Under the pieces are notes generated by a model. The model was not told the origin of the DNA, searched no databases, and saw only the letters and a program-made list of their open reading frames with translations. A stretch of DNA of 64,000 bases from an uncultured Pseudomonadota bacterium (GTDB taxonomy: Bacteria; Oederibacteriota; Muellerivitia; Muellerivitales; Muellerivitaceae). Position numbers and translations under genes: made by a program. Position 1 is the first letter of the stretch. The number at the start of each line of letters is the position of its first letter. Positions 29,735 to 39,644 of the stretch are shown piece by piece. The stretch covers positions 819,102 through 883,101 of the forward strand of contig CAVYRH010000026.1 of assembly GCA_963770835.1 (NCBI GenBank). The letters are read 5' to 3'.

Positions 29735-31291
29735 ATGGATCGTCGCCCATCGTTGTTAACCACGGCCTTTCTGCTGTTGGCCCTTTGCGGGGTGAGCTTC
29801 GCCGCGGGGGCGGCCACTCAATCGGCCACCCACCCCAAGGAGGGAAACGAGGATGTTTATAAATACCTGAACCCCTTCGTCGACGCGCTGGCCATCATCC
29901 GGGAAAAGTACGTGGACGTCGACAAAACAGATCCCAAGACGTTGGTTTACGGCGCCATCAACGGGATGGTCAACACCCTGGACCCCTTCAGCCAATTCAT
30001 GCCCCCCGACGAATACAAGGACATGCAAACCGAAACCTCAGGCAAATTCGGCGGGCTGGGCATCGAGATTGCCGTCAAGGACGAGCGGTTGACCGTGGTC
30101 TCCCCCATTGAGGGCACGCCCGCGGACAGGGCGGGCATCAAGTCGGGCGACAAGATCGTCAAGATCGGCGATGAGAGCACTGTCACTATGACTATCAACG
30201 ACGCCGTCAAGCGTTTGCGCGGGAAGGTGGGGACCAAGGTGACCATTACCATCGTCAGGGACGGCATGTCCCAGCCTTTCGACGTGACCCTGGTGCGCGA
30301 TAACATCAAGATCGAGAGCATCCACGCCTACATGCTCCCCGGGGATATCGGCTATATCCGCATCACCGAGTTCATCGAAAACACCACCGATGATTTCGTG
30401 AAGGCCTTGGACGACCTGAAAAAACAAGCGTCCTTGAAGGGCTTGGTCATCGACTTGCGCAACGACCCGGGTGGCCTCTTAAACGAGGCCGTAGGAGTGT
30501 CGGATTATTTCGGCAAAAAAGGCGACATGATCGTCTCCACCAAAGGCCGCAGCGAAAACCAAACCCAGGAGTTCAGGGCCTCGGACGGGGAAAAGTTCGA
30601 TCAAAAAAAACCCATTGTGGTGATGGTCAACGAGGGGAGCGCCTCGGGCGCGGAAATCGTGGCGGGGGCCCTCAAGGATTGGAAAAGAGGAATCCTGATC
30701 GGCTCCAAGACCTTCGGCAAGGGATCGGTCCAGACCATCCTGCCCCTGGATAACAGTGATGGGGCGGCCTTGAGGCTGACCATGGCCAAATACTACACGC
30801 CGTCGGGTGTCTGCATCCACGGCATCGGGATTGAGCCTGATCTGGACCTGCACGACCACGACTTGTCCGAGTCCACCGTCAGTATTTACACCAAGCAAAT
30901 GGTGGAGAAATTCGCCGAGACCCTCGTGAAAGAGGGCGTGGCGCCCAAATCCGAGGCGGAATTGGAACCCACCGTTATGAACCGATTCATCGACTACTGC
31001 CTGAAAAACGTGAAGAAAACGGACCGGGATGAACTGAAAAAAGACGAGGACTACTTGAAGGACAGCCTCTATGTGGAGCTGGTTCGCCAAGAGCAAAGTG
31101 AAAAAGACGCCCGCGAAACGGCGGTATTAAATGACAAGCAAGTGAAGGTGGCCGAGGACATCATCGAGAATGGCGGCAGAATCAGCCCGAAACTTTACGC
31201 CGAATACCCCAAGCGCAAGGATACGGGAATCGCCGGTGAAAAGAAGCTCGAAGAGGAACGTTCCAAGAATAAAGATGACAGCGGGGAATAA
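29735..31291 (+). CDS. ctpA: Carboxyl-terminal processing protease (S41)
   Basis: LDPFS, FGGLGI PDZ, DLRNDPGG, SASGAEI, TFGKGSVQ. Confidence 0.95.
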   Translation: MDRRPSLLTTAFLLLALCGVSFAAGAATQSATHPKEGNEDVYKYLNPFVDALAIIREKYVDVDKTDPKTLVYGAINGMVNTLDPFSQFMPPDEYKDMQTETSGKFGGLGIEIAVKDERLTVVSPIEGTPADRAGIKSGDKIVKIGDESTVTMTINDAVKRLRGKVGTKVTITIVRDGMSQPFDVTLVRDNIKIESIHAYMLPGDIGYIRITEFIENTTDDFVKALDDLKKQASLKGLVIDLRNDPGGLLNEAVGVSDYFGKKGDMIVSTKGRSENQTQEFRASDGEKFDQKKPIVVMVNEGSASGAEIVAGALKDWKRGILIGSKTFGKGSVQTILPLDNSDGAALRLTMAKYYTPSGVCIHGIGIEPDLDLHDHDLSESTVSIYTKQMVEKFAETLVKEGVAPKSEAELEPTVMNRFIDYCLKNVKKTDRDELKKDEDYLKDSLYVELVRQEQSEKDARETAVLNDKQVKVAEDIIENGGRISPKLYAEYPKRKDTGIAGEKKLEEERSKNKDDSGE

Positions 31292-31299
31292 TAAATTCC

Positions 31300-32466
31300 T
31301 TGCGGTTTCGTGCGTTGAATGAAGCAGGAGGCATCCGGGGCTTCCTGCTGAACCTGCTGGCGGTTCTCTTGCTCTTTGCCCTGGCGGTTTTTTTGGTACG
31401 CCGCCAATGGGGAGGACCTCCCACCGTTCCCCCAATCCAAGCCACGCCCGCAGTCGTTTCGCCTTCCGCCTTCGAGGGAGATCCCGCCGAGGCCACGGAA
31501 AGACTCCTCAAAGCCCTGAATCAAAAGCTTCAGGATATGGACCTGTTGAAGCTTTTGGCCCAAGAAGTAAAAACCGTTCCCGCGACCGTTCAAGGAAAGG
31601 CCTTTTCGACCTATGAGGAGGCTTTCCGCCTGCCCGAGCGTTATACTCCACCGCAGCTGGCGTGGATTTTGGGCGAAGCGGCCAAATCCAGTGGCGCCCA
31701 ACTGACTTTCACAAATACACCTGACGGGGGAGTCCAATTCAATTTCGCCTATGACGCCGAATGGATTCCCGTTCGGATCGACTTCGAACCCGTGAAGGCG
31801 CCTCGAATCTGCCTCATCATCGACGACGGGGGATACAAAAGAGGAACAGCCTTGGAAGCCCTTTACGGTTTGAAGGTGCCGGTGACAGTCTCCATCATCC
31901 CGGACGTCGAGTTTTCCAAGAGTCTGGCTGAAGAGTTTCCGGGCCATGGGGTGGAAGTTATGTGCCACATGCCCATGGAAGGCCATGAAAAGGGGATGGT
32001 GGGCGGGAACTACAAGGAACTGTTAAAGAAGGGCATGGGATCGGACCAGGCAAAAGCGGAAGTGGGAAAGGCCCTAGAAAACCTGCCCTATTGCCGGGGC
32101 CTCAACAACCATATGGGCAGCGTGGCCACTGAAGATCCGCAATTGATGTCGGATGTCTGCGAGGTATTGAAGGCCCGGGGGCTTTTCATCATCGACTCCC
32201 GCACCACGGCCAAGTCCATGATGGAAAAGGAAGCCCAAAGAAACGGGGTGCCCGTAGCTAAGCGGAATGTATTCCTGGATAACGTGGAGACCCCCGAGGC
32301 TATCCAGAAGCAGTTGGACATGACGGCCGCCTACGCGAAAAAGCACGGTTTGGCGGTGGCTATCGGACATTTTAAACCGGTGACCCTTCAAACCCTGGAG
32401 TCGGCCATTCCCAAGTTGAAGGATGAGGGGTTTCAGTTCGTGTTTGCTTCGGAAGTGGTAAAGTAG
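31300..32466 (+). CDS. Divergent polysaccharide deacetylase (YibQ-like)
   Basis: IIDDGG, HMPME, NNHMGS, DSRT, VFLD, AIGH. Confidence 0.92.
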   Translation: MRFRALNEAGGIRGFLLNLLAVLLLFALAVFLVRRQWGGPPTVPPIQATPAVVSPSAFEGDPAEATERLLKALNQKLQDMDLLKLLAQEVKTVPATVQGKAFSTYEEAFRLPERYTPPQLAWILGEAAKSSGAQLTFTNTPDGGVQFNFAYDAEWIPVRIDFEPVKAPRICLIIDDGGYKRGTALEALYGLKVPVTVSIIPDVEFSKSLAEEFPGHGVEVMCHMPMEGHEKGMVGGNYKELLKKGMGSDQAKAEVGKALENLPYCRGLNNHMGSVATEDPQLMSDVCEVLKARGLFIIDSRTTAKSMMEKEAQRNGVPVAKRNVFLDNVETPEAIQKQLDMTAAYAKKHGLAVAIGHFKPVTLQTLESAIPKLKDEGFQFVFASEVVK

Positions 32467-32500
32467 GGTTTTGGTTCGAAAGTTATTAAGGGATTAAAAC

Positions 32501-33046
32501 GTGTCTTTTAAAAAATGGCTCTTAACGTTCGTCCTCATACTTTCGGCCTCAACACTTAGTAACTTATTCGCCGCCCAAAATGGATTTTCTATTTATCTAG
32601 CCGCTAAAAAAAAAATCTCAAGCAATCAACTCATAGAAAAAGGTATTCAGTATGTTTGGCTCGAAAAGAAACCACTCATTACTACAGATGATATCGTTTC
32701 TTATAATAAGAAAACTCACGAAATTGTATTAACCCCTAAGGCTTTTGACCGATATTTGAAGATTAAGGACTTGGGCATCAGCGCGCCGTTTGTCGTTTGT
32801 GTTGGAAAGGAACGAATTTACGCCGGCGATTTTGTGCTTCCAATCTGTTCCGCTTCATTTAACGGTGTTGTGATAGAGGAATGCCAATCGATGGGAATTT
32901 GCGACCAGCAGTTCAAGAACAAAGTGCTTCGATTACAGTTGGGGTATCCAGGTGAAAATTTTTTTAAAGGTTTTGACCCTCGATCCGACTCAAGAATTCT
33001 CGATGCATTGAAACAAGCCAGGAAACTCACCAATGGCACAAACTAA
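32501..33046 (+). CDS. Secreted hypothetical protein
   Basis: Signal-peptide-like N-terminus; AT-richer than neighbours. Confidence 0.65.
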   Translation: MSFKKWLLTFVLILSASTLSNLFAAQNGFSIYLAAKKKISSNQLIEKGIQYVWLEKKPLITTDDIVSYNKKTHEIVLTPKAFDRYLKIKDLGISAPFVVCVGKERIYAGDFVLPICSASFNGVVIEECQSMGICDQQFKNKVLRLQLGYPGENFFKGFDPRSDSRILDALKQARKLTNGTN

Positions 33047-34052
33047 AAACAGCTTGGTCCTCGGCATTGAGTCCTCCTGCGACGAGACCGCGGTGGCGGT
33101 GGTTGAAAACGGGCATAAGGTGCTGGCCAGCGAAGTGGCTTCGCAGATGGACCTCCATAGCCGGTATGGCGGTGTGGTGCCGGAGGTGGCATCCCGCGTT
33201 CATTTGGAAAGCCTTCCCATTCTTCTCAAGGAAGTCCTTCAACAATCCCAGACAACTTTCGACGATTTAACGGGAATCGCCGTGACTTCGGCGCCGGGTT
33301 TGATCGGCGCCCTATTAGTCGGCCTTTCGGCGGCCAAGGGGCTGGCTTTTAGTCTTCACCTGCCCCTGGCTACGGTTCACCATATCGAAGCCCATCTTTA
33401 CGCGGCCCAACTGGATGCGCAGCCGGTGGAATTTCCCGCGTTAGGGCTTGTGGTTTCCGGCGGCCATACGGAGCTTTATCACATGCAAGAGTGGGGAAAA
33501 TACAGGCTGCTGGCTTCCACCCGCGACGACGCCTCGGGCGAGGCCTTTGACAAGGTGGCGAAACTCATGGGGTTGGGTTATCCGGGGGGGCCACTTATCG
33601 AAAAACTGGCCAAGGCTTGTCCTGACTCCGAGGAGCATTTCCCCTTTTCCAAAATGAAGGACAAAAGCCAGGATTTTTCCTTTAGCGGGTTGAAGACCGC
33701 CGTGATGTTGGAAGTTAAAAAGAATCCTCCCCAAGAAGAGAGGGACTTTCAGCAATTGGCCGCGAAATTCCAAAACACCGTCCGTTCTGAAATCACCAGC
33801 CGGGTACGCATTGCCTTGGAAGAACTCAAACCCAAAAGCCTGGTGGTGGGCGGCGGAGTGGCCTGCAACCAGAACCTCCGGGAAGCCCTCCGCAAAGTGG
33901 CTGAAAACTTCGAAGCAATTTTGAGAGTGCCGCCGCTGAAATATTGCTCCGACAACGCGGCCATGATCGCGGGATTAGGAGCCTTTCAATTATCCCAAGG
34001 CCGGGAAGCCACCCTTTCGGCTACGGCCATGCCCCAGGCCAGTTTTCATTGA
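33033..34052 (+). CDS. tsaD: tRNA threonylcarbamoyltransferase TsaD
   Basis: GIESSCDET, GGVVPE.ASR.H, HIEAH, SGGHT, DFSFSGLKT, DNAAMI. Confidence 0.98.
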   Translation: MAQTKNSLVLGIESSCDETAVAVVENGHKVLASEVASQMDLHSRYGGVVPEVASRVHLESLPILLKEVLQQSQTTFDDLTGIAVTSAPGLIGALLVGLSAAKGLAFSLHLPLATVHHIEAHLYAAQLDAQPVEFPALGLVVSGGHTELYHMQEWGKYRLLASTRDDASGEAFDKVAKLMGLGYPGGPLIEKLAKACPDSEEHFPFSKMKDKSQDFSFSGLKTAVMLEVKKNPPQEERDFQQLAAKFQNTVRSEITSRVRIALEELKPKSLVVGGGVACNQNLREALRKVAENFEAILRVPPLKYCSDNAAMIAGLGAFQLSQGREATLSATAMPQASFH

Positions 34053-34086
34053 GTTCTAAATTTTAACTACCGTGTACAATAGTTCC

Positions 34087-34764
34087 ATGCCCGATATCCC
34101 CTTTATTCCTTATTTTGGCGTTATCGCTTCCCGGCTGGCGGTGACCGTCCTTTTAACGGGCCTGATCGGCTGGGACCGGGAGCGGTTGCGAAAACCCGCC
34201 GGGTTGCGCACCCATATCCTGGTCGGCCTTGGCTCGGCTTTGGCGATGCTCGTTTCGATTATGACGGGGCCGGTCGTCAACGGGGTGTACCAGATGGACC
34301 CCCGGATCGCGCAAAACGTCCTGACCGGCATCGGTTTCTTGGGGGCGGGGACCATCCTTCACCTCCGGGAGGGGGTTGTTTCCGGGCTAACGACCGCCGC
34401 GACCCTTTGGACCTCCGCGGTGATCGGCCTTGCCGTGGGGTGCGGTTTTTATTCCGGGGGCCTCCTGACCACCGCTTTGGTGCTATTGGTGCTTTATTGC
34501 CTGAACCTGGTGGATGATTACATCGAGGGCCGCCTTTATCACAACCTGACCCTCCATGCTAAGATAACCGGCCCTTTGACCGAGACGGTCAAGGAAGTCC
34601 TCCGCGATAAAAACATCAAGATTATCCGGGTGGAAACCCAAACGGCGGCGGGCGGTGAAAGGTATATCGTCATCCATTTCAAGCCTATTCCGGTGGCCTG
34701 GGGGAAACCCCTGGCCCGGCAAGTGGAGAAAATTCCAGGAGTTAAAGAGGTCATGTTCAACTAA
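34087..34764 (+). CDS. MgtC/SapB family membrane protein
   Basis: AGLRTH.LV, RIA.NVLTGIGFLGAG, GLTTAATLW. Confidence 0.93.
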   Translation: MPDIPFIPYFGVIASRLAVTVLLTGLIGWDRERLRKPAGLRTHILVGLGSALAMLVSIMTGPVVNGVYQMDPRIAQNVLTGIGFLGAGTILHLREGVVSGLTTAATLWTSAVIGLAVGCGFYSGGLLTTALVLLVLYCLNLVDDYIEGRLYHNLTLHAKITGPLTETVKEVLRDKNIKIIRVETQTAAGGERYIVIHFKPIPVAWGKPLARQVEKIPGVKEVMFN

Positions 34765-35897
34765 TGAGTGTTTTACCCAAGAACAATTCATCCGCCGACC
34801 TGCCGGAGAAAAAAAGGACGGCCCCCGAACTTCCCGAGGCCCCCTTAAGCGCGATGGGCAAGGGCGCGCGCGAATTCAAGCTGGGCAACGTCACCTTGAA
34901 CGGCCGGGTTTTCCTGGCCCCCATGGCGGGTTACACCGACACGGCCTTCCGGCGCCTGGCGCGGCGGCATGGGGCGGCCATGGTGGTGACCGAAATGGTC
35001 AGCTCCCGGGCGCTCATGGCCGGAAACGACAAGACCAACGACTTGATGGAGTTCACCGAACCCGAGCGGCCGGTGGGGGTCCAGCTTTTCGGAGGCAACC
35101 CCACCATCATGGGCGAAGCGGCGGCCAAAGTGGCCGAAGAAGTGAAGCCCGACGTCATCGACATCAATTTCGGCTGTCCGGTGGGAAAGATACTGAAGTG
35201 CGACGCCGGGGCGTCGGTGTTGAAAGAACCCCAAAGGGCCGGCTGGATCGTGAAAGCCATGGTCAAGGCCACGGAGGGCAGGGTGCCCATCACGGTCAAG
35301 ACAAGGGCGGGTTACGACGCCATGGACAACGCGGTGTTCGAACTCCTGCAATCGGTGGAGGAAGCCGGCGCTTCGGCCTTGGCGGTACATGCGCGCACCC
35401 GCAACCAGATGTTCGAAGGCAAGGCCAATTGGGAAGTGATCGCGCGCCTGAAGGAAAAAGCCAAGATCCCCATCATCGGAAACGGCGACGTGAAATCCGC
35501 CGAGGACGCCTACAACCTTTTTAAGGAAACCGACTGCGACGGCATCATGATCGGACGGGGAAGCATGGGCGCGCCCTGGATCTTCGAGGAAATCAACCAC
35601 TATCTGGAAACCGGGAAACCCATGAAAGCCCCTACGCTCAAGTTCCGCATCGGCGTGGCCCTGGAACAATTGAAATGCTCCATCGAGGTAAAGGGGCCCC
35701 GTATGGGTTTGTTGGAAATGCGCAAACACCTGACCCATTACCTAAAGGGGTTCGAAGGCGCCCGGGACATGCGGCAAAAGCTTTTAACCTCCGATGACGC
35801 GGATTGGGTGGTGAAAACATTGGCGGAAATTCACAACTTTCTGCCCGAAGAAGATCCGATAGGCCTCTCCGTCAACATGCCGGTGGGAACGGCCTGA
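34764..35897 (+). CDS. dusB: tRNA dihydrouridine synthase B
   Basis: LAPMAG.TD, DINFGCP, VHART, GNGDV, MIGRG. Confidence 0.95.
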   Translation: MSVLPKNNSSADLPEKKRTAPELPEAPLSAMGKGAREFKLGNVTLNGRVFLAPMAGYTDTAFRRLARRHGAAMVVTEMVSSRALMAGNDKTNDLMEFTEPERPVGVQLFGGNPTIMGEAAAKVAEEVKPDVIDINFGCPVGKILKCDAGASVLKEPQRAGWIVKAMVKATEGRVPITVKTRAGYDAMDNAVFELLQSVEEAGASALAVHARTRNQMFEGKANWEVIARLKEKAKIPIIGNGDVKSAEDAYNLFKETDCDGIMIGRGSMGAPWIFEEINHYLETGKPMKAPTLKFRIGVALEQLKCSIEVKGPRMGLLEMRKHLTHYLKGFEGARDMRQKLLTSDDADWVVKTLAEIHNFLPEEDPIGLSVNMPVGTA

Positions 35898-35901
35898 TTC
35901 T

Positions 35902-36528
35902 TTGGAATCCTTTCTTTACTCCCTTGATGTGGCCGTTTTCCGTTGGATCAATGAGGGATGGTCCTCCCCCCTCTTGGATTCTTTTTTTTCCTACATTACC
36001 GATTTCCGCAATTATTGGGTTTTGATCGCGGCTTTATTGGCGTACTGGCTCTGGAAGGGCGGGGAGAAGGGACGATGGCTGGTTTTAAGCCTCATCCTTG
36101 CCGTCGCCATTTCGGATCAAACGGCCAGCCACGTCATTAAAGGGCTGGTGGAGCGGGTCCGCCCCTGCAACGCCCTGGATGGGGTTTTGACCCCCGCCGG
36201 AAAAAGCGGAGCCTATTCTTTTCCCTCCAGCCACGCCGCCAATATGGGGTCGTCCATGTTTCTGCTTTCGATGGCCTTTCCTCCCTATACCTGGCTTTTT
36301 ATCCTCATCGCCCTTTTAGCGGGCCTGTCCCGGGTTTACCTTGGGTTGCATTACCCTTCCGATGTGCTGGGGGGCTATGCCTTGGGGTTGCTGGTGGGTT
36401 TTAGTGTCTGGTGGGGGATGGAAAAAGTAAAATATATCTTTCAATCAAAGAAAAAAATCAAAAGCAAAATTACTCTTACCACCAAGGCACAAAGGGCACC
36501 AAGGACGACAGGAAAAAAGAAAAAATGA
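35902..36528 (+). CDS. PAP2 family phosphatase
   Basis: K...ERVRP, SFPSSHA, SRVYLGLHYPSDV. Confidence 0.93.
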   Translation: MESFLYSLDVAVFRWINEGWSSPLLDSFFSYITDFRNYWVLIAALLAYWLWKGGEKGRWLVLSLILAVAISDQTASHVIKGLVERVRPCNALDGVLTPAGKSGAYSFPSSHAANMGSSMFLLSMAFPPYTWLFILIALLAGLSRVYLGLHYPSDVLGGYALGLLVGFSVWWGMEKVKYIFQSKKKIKSKITLTTKAQRAPRTTGKKKK

Positions 36529-36564
36529 TTTTGAAGTTCTTAGTGCCCTTTGTGCCTTAGTGGT
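36478..36564. repeat. 26-bp imperfect inverted repeat built from ~9-nt tandem units
   Basis: ACCACCAAGGCACAAAGGGCACCAAG (36478-36503) vs CTTAGTGCCCTTTGTGCCTTAGTGGT (36539-36564), 24/26 complementary. Confidence 0.85.
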
Positions 36565-36590
36565 TCAATTTGTTTTGGTTAAGGGATGTT

Positions 36591-37508
36591 ATGCCTGAAA
36601 AAAACGCCATCCAGCCTTCCACCCTTTACTTGGTGGGGACACCTATCGGCAACTTGGACGATATGACCTTCCGGGCCTTGAAGGTGCTCAAGGAAGCCAC
36701 CTTGGTCGCCGCCGAGGACACCCGTAATACCCTCAAGCTCCTGACCCATTTCGGCTTGAAGGCCGGCAAACTGATTTCCTGTTTTGAGCACAACGAAGTA
36801 AAGCGAACGGATGAAATTTTGGAGGCCCTGGCCCAGGGTGGTTCGGTGGCCCTGGTGACGGATGCCGGCATGCCCGGTATCTCCGACCCCGGATTCCAAG
36901 TGGTCAAGGCGGCGGTGGAAAAGGGGTTTTCGGTCGTGCCGGTTCCCGGGGCTTCGGCCCTGCTGGCGGCCCTGCCTGCGGCCGGGTTTCCGGCCACACC
37001 TTTCACTTTTGCTGGGTTTCTCCCTTCCAAGGCGGGCGACCGGCAAAAGGCCCTGCACCAATTTCGGTCGCAGGAACACACCCTGGTTTTCTTCGAATCC
37101 CCCCACCGCCTCCGCAACAGCCTGAAGGACATGATGAATGTTTTTGGAAACCGCAAGGGGATGGTGGGAAGGGAAATGACCAAGCTCCACGAGGAATTCG
37201 TGCGGGGAACACTCCAGGAATTATGGAAGCACTTCAAGGCGGTGGAGCCCAAGGGGGAATTCGTGGTGGTGGTGGAGGGGGCCGAGCATGTGGACCATTC
37301 GCAACAGGAAAAATGGATCGGCGTCTCCATCGCGGACCAGCTCTTGCAGCTAATGAAAGAACAAAACCTCTCGAAAACCGAGGCGGTGAAGGCGGTCTCC
37401 AAGATGCGCGACCTGCCGAGGGAAGTGGTGTACCAAATCGCCACCGAGATCAAGTGGGAACCTAGCGTGGATAATGAAACGATTGATTCGGACGAGGGTT
37501 TAGACTGA
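36591..37508 (+). CDS. rsmI: 16S rRNA C1402 2'-O-methyltransferase
   Basis: TPIGNL.D, AEDTR, DAGMPGISDPG, FESPHR, RE.TK.HEE. Confidence 0.97.
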   Translation: MPEKNAIQPSTLYLVGTPIGNLDDMTFRALKVLKEATLVAAEDTRNTLKLLTHFGLKAGKLISCFEHNEVKRTDEILEALAQGGSVALVTDAGMPGISDPGFQVVKAAVEKGFSVVPVPGASALLAALPAAGFPATPFTFAGFLPSKAGDRQKALHQFRSQEHTLVFFESPHRLRNSLKDMMNVFGNRKGMVGREMTKLHEEFVRGTLQELWKHFKAVEPKGEFVVVVEGAEHVDHSQQEKWIGVSIADQLLQLMKEQNLSKTEAVKAVSKMRDLPREVVYQIATEIKWEPSVDNETIDSDEGLD

Positions 37509-37539
37509 TGTTATTTCCTCTTTAATGGATTAATAAAGA

Positions 37540-38238
37540 TTGTCCATTCGAAAACATTTACTAGGCTTCTTCTTAAAGATTTTTTTCGGAATTTTACTCC
37601 TGTGGTTTTCGGCCGCCATGGCCTGCGTGATGGGTCCGGCCCTGTGGCATGCTCCCTGGCTTTCAAGGGAAGGCCTTGTCTTCCTGGCCTCCTTTACCGC
37701 CTACTTCCTTATTCATTTCCTCCTTTACCAGCCGGTTCTTAGCCATGTGATGGCCCACGAACTGACCCATGCCCTGGCCGCCATGTTGATGGGGGGGAAG
37801 GTGACCTCGATCCAAGCCTCAACTTCAGGGGGGACTACCGTCGTAAACCGGTCCCATGTCTTTATCAGCCTTGCCCCCTACATCTTCCCTTTTTACACAG
37901 CCCTTACACTGGCGGTCTATGCCATCGCGGCCCCTTCTTTTAAAATTTATTTCCTGGGACTGATCGGTTTCACTTATGCCTTTCACCTGGCCTTGACGGT
38001 TTGGTCCTTGTCCCATCACCAACCCGATCTAAAAGAGGGCGGCGTAGTGTTCTCCTTGATTTTCATTTTCGCGGGAAATATGATGGTTTTAATGTTCTTG
38101 TTCTCCCTCGTTTTTCCGCAAGTCCTGTCGCTGCCTCAAGCCTTATCCGAAACGTTACAGTGGTCCTGGCACCTCGCTAAGGCCGCGTTTCACCTGTTGA
38201 AGCCCCATCTTTTCAATACCGGGAGCAGCTCCTCATGA
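37540..38238 (+). CDS. M50-like membrane metallopeptidase
   Basis: HELTH zinc motif, LAPY.FP, multiple TMs. Confidence 0.8.
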   Translation: MSIRKHLLGFFLKIFFGILLLWFSAAMACVMGPALWHAPWLSREGLVFLASFTAYFLIHFLLYQPVLSHVMAHELTHALAAMLMGGKVTSIQASTSGGTTVVNRSHVFISLAPYIFPFYTALTLAVYAIAAPSFKIYFLGLIGFTYAFHLALTVWSLSHHQPDLKEGGVVFSLIFIFAGNMMVLMFLFSLVFPQVLSLPQALSETLQWSWHLAKAAFHLLKPHLFNTGSSSS

Positions 38239-39560
38239 AAAAAACCTTTGTCTTGGATACCAACGTCTTGATCCACAATCCGCACGCCTTGGAATCCTTT
38301 GAGGACAACACGGTGGTTATTCCATTGGGGGTCATCGAGGAATTGGACACCTTCAAGAAGTACGAGGACGAACGGGGCCGCAACGCCCGCGAAGTTGCCC
38401 GGATGCTGGATACCCTGAGGGAAAAAGGAAACCTGCAGGAAGGCGTGCCATTGGCCAACGGCGGGACGGTGAGGGTGGATATCAGCACCCCCAACGGCCA
38501 CCTGCCCGCGGCCCTTTCCCACATGAAAATCGACAACAACATCATCGGAATCGCCCTGATGCTGAAAGAAAAAGGCGAGAACGTGAAGTTCATCACGAAG
38601 GACATCAACGTTCGCATCAAGGCCGACGCCCTGGGGGTGGTGGCCGAGGATTACGAGACCAACAAGGTCAATATCGACGAGCTTTACGCCGGCTGGGCCA
38701 CGGTGGTGGTAAAAGACGCGCAGATCGACGAGTTTTATAAAACGGGCAAGCTGTCCTTGAAAGATTACGAGGAGAGAGTCCTTTACGAGAACGAGTTTTT
38801 ACTGCTGAAAAGCGACATCCACGACGGCAAGTCGGCTTTGGGCATTTACCGTTCCGGCCTTAAGGAAGCCCAATCCCTTTGGTTCAAGGACCCGGAAGCC
38901 TGGGGCATCAAGGCCCTCAACCGGGAGCAACATTTCGCGCTGAACCTTCTTTTGAACGACCGGATTTCCATGGTCACGCTGGTGGGGTCGGCGGGTACGG
39001 GCAAGACCCTTTTGGCCCTGGCCGCGGGCCTGTTGAAGACTTTGGATGAAAAGAAGTACCGCCGGGTGCTAGTTTCCCGCCCCATCGTGCCCCTGGGCAA
39101 GGACATCGGCTACTTGCCCGGCACCAAGGACGAAAAGTTGATGAACTGGATGCAGCCCATTTTCGACAACTTGGAGTTCATCCTGGACAAGGGCCACCTG
39201 CAGAACGACGCGGAGGATGTGGACGACAAGGTCCAATACTTACTGGATTCCCACAAGCTGGAAATGGAAGCCCTCACCTATATCCGGGGGCGGTCTATTC
39301 CTAAACAGTTCATGATCGTGGACGAGGCCCAGAACCTGACCCCCCACGAGATCAAGACCATCGTCTCCCGCGCCGGGGTCAGCACCAAGATCATCCTCAC
39401 CGGGGACCCTTACCAGATTGACAACCCCTATCTAGACGCCTCCTCCAACGGCATCGTGTACCTGGCTGAGCGGTTCAAGGGGCAGGAGATTTTCGGGCAC
39501 ATTACCCTTTCCAAGAGCGAGCGCTCCCCCTTGGCGGCCTTGGCCACCAAAGTTCTCTAA
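38235..39560 (+). CDS. PIN-PhoH (PhoH2) family protein
   Basis: VLDTNVL PIN domain; GSAGTGKT, IGYLPG, RGRS, DEAQN, GD..QID. Confidence 0.95.
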   Translation: MKKTFVLDTNVLIHNPHALESFEDNTVVIPLGVIEELDTFKKYEDERGRNAREVARMLDTLREKGNLQEGVPLANGGTVRVDISTPNGHLPAALSHMKIDNNIIGIALMLKEKGENVKFITKDINVRIKADALGVVAEDYETNKVNIDELYAGWATVVVKDAQIDEFYKTGKLSLKDYEERVLYENEFLLLKSDIHDGKSALGIYRSGLKEAQSLWFKDPEAWGIKALNREQHFALNLLLNDRISMVTLVGSAGTGKTLLALAAGLLKTLDEKKYRRVLVSRPIVPLGKDIGYLPGTKDEKLMNWMQPIFDNLEFILDKGHLQNDAEDVDDKVQYLLDSHKLEMEALTYIRGRSIPKQFMIVDEAQNLTPHEIKTIVSRAGVSTKIILTGDPYQIDNPYLDASSNGIVYLAERFKGQEIFGHITLSKSERSPLAALATKVL

Positions 39561-39572
39561 AAATATTAATGC

Positions 39573-39627
39573 TGTCATTGCGAGGAATGCCCCTCGAATA
39601 GAGGGGTGATTATGACGAAGCAACCTC
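39573..39627. repeat. REP/RPE-like palindromic element
   Basis: TGTCATTGCGAGG ... CCCCTC/GAGGGG hairpin ... GACGAAGCAACCTC. Confidence 0.6.
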
Positions 39628-39644
39628 AGTTTAAATAATTCCTA

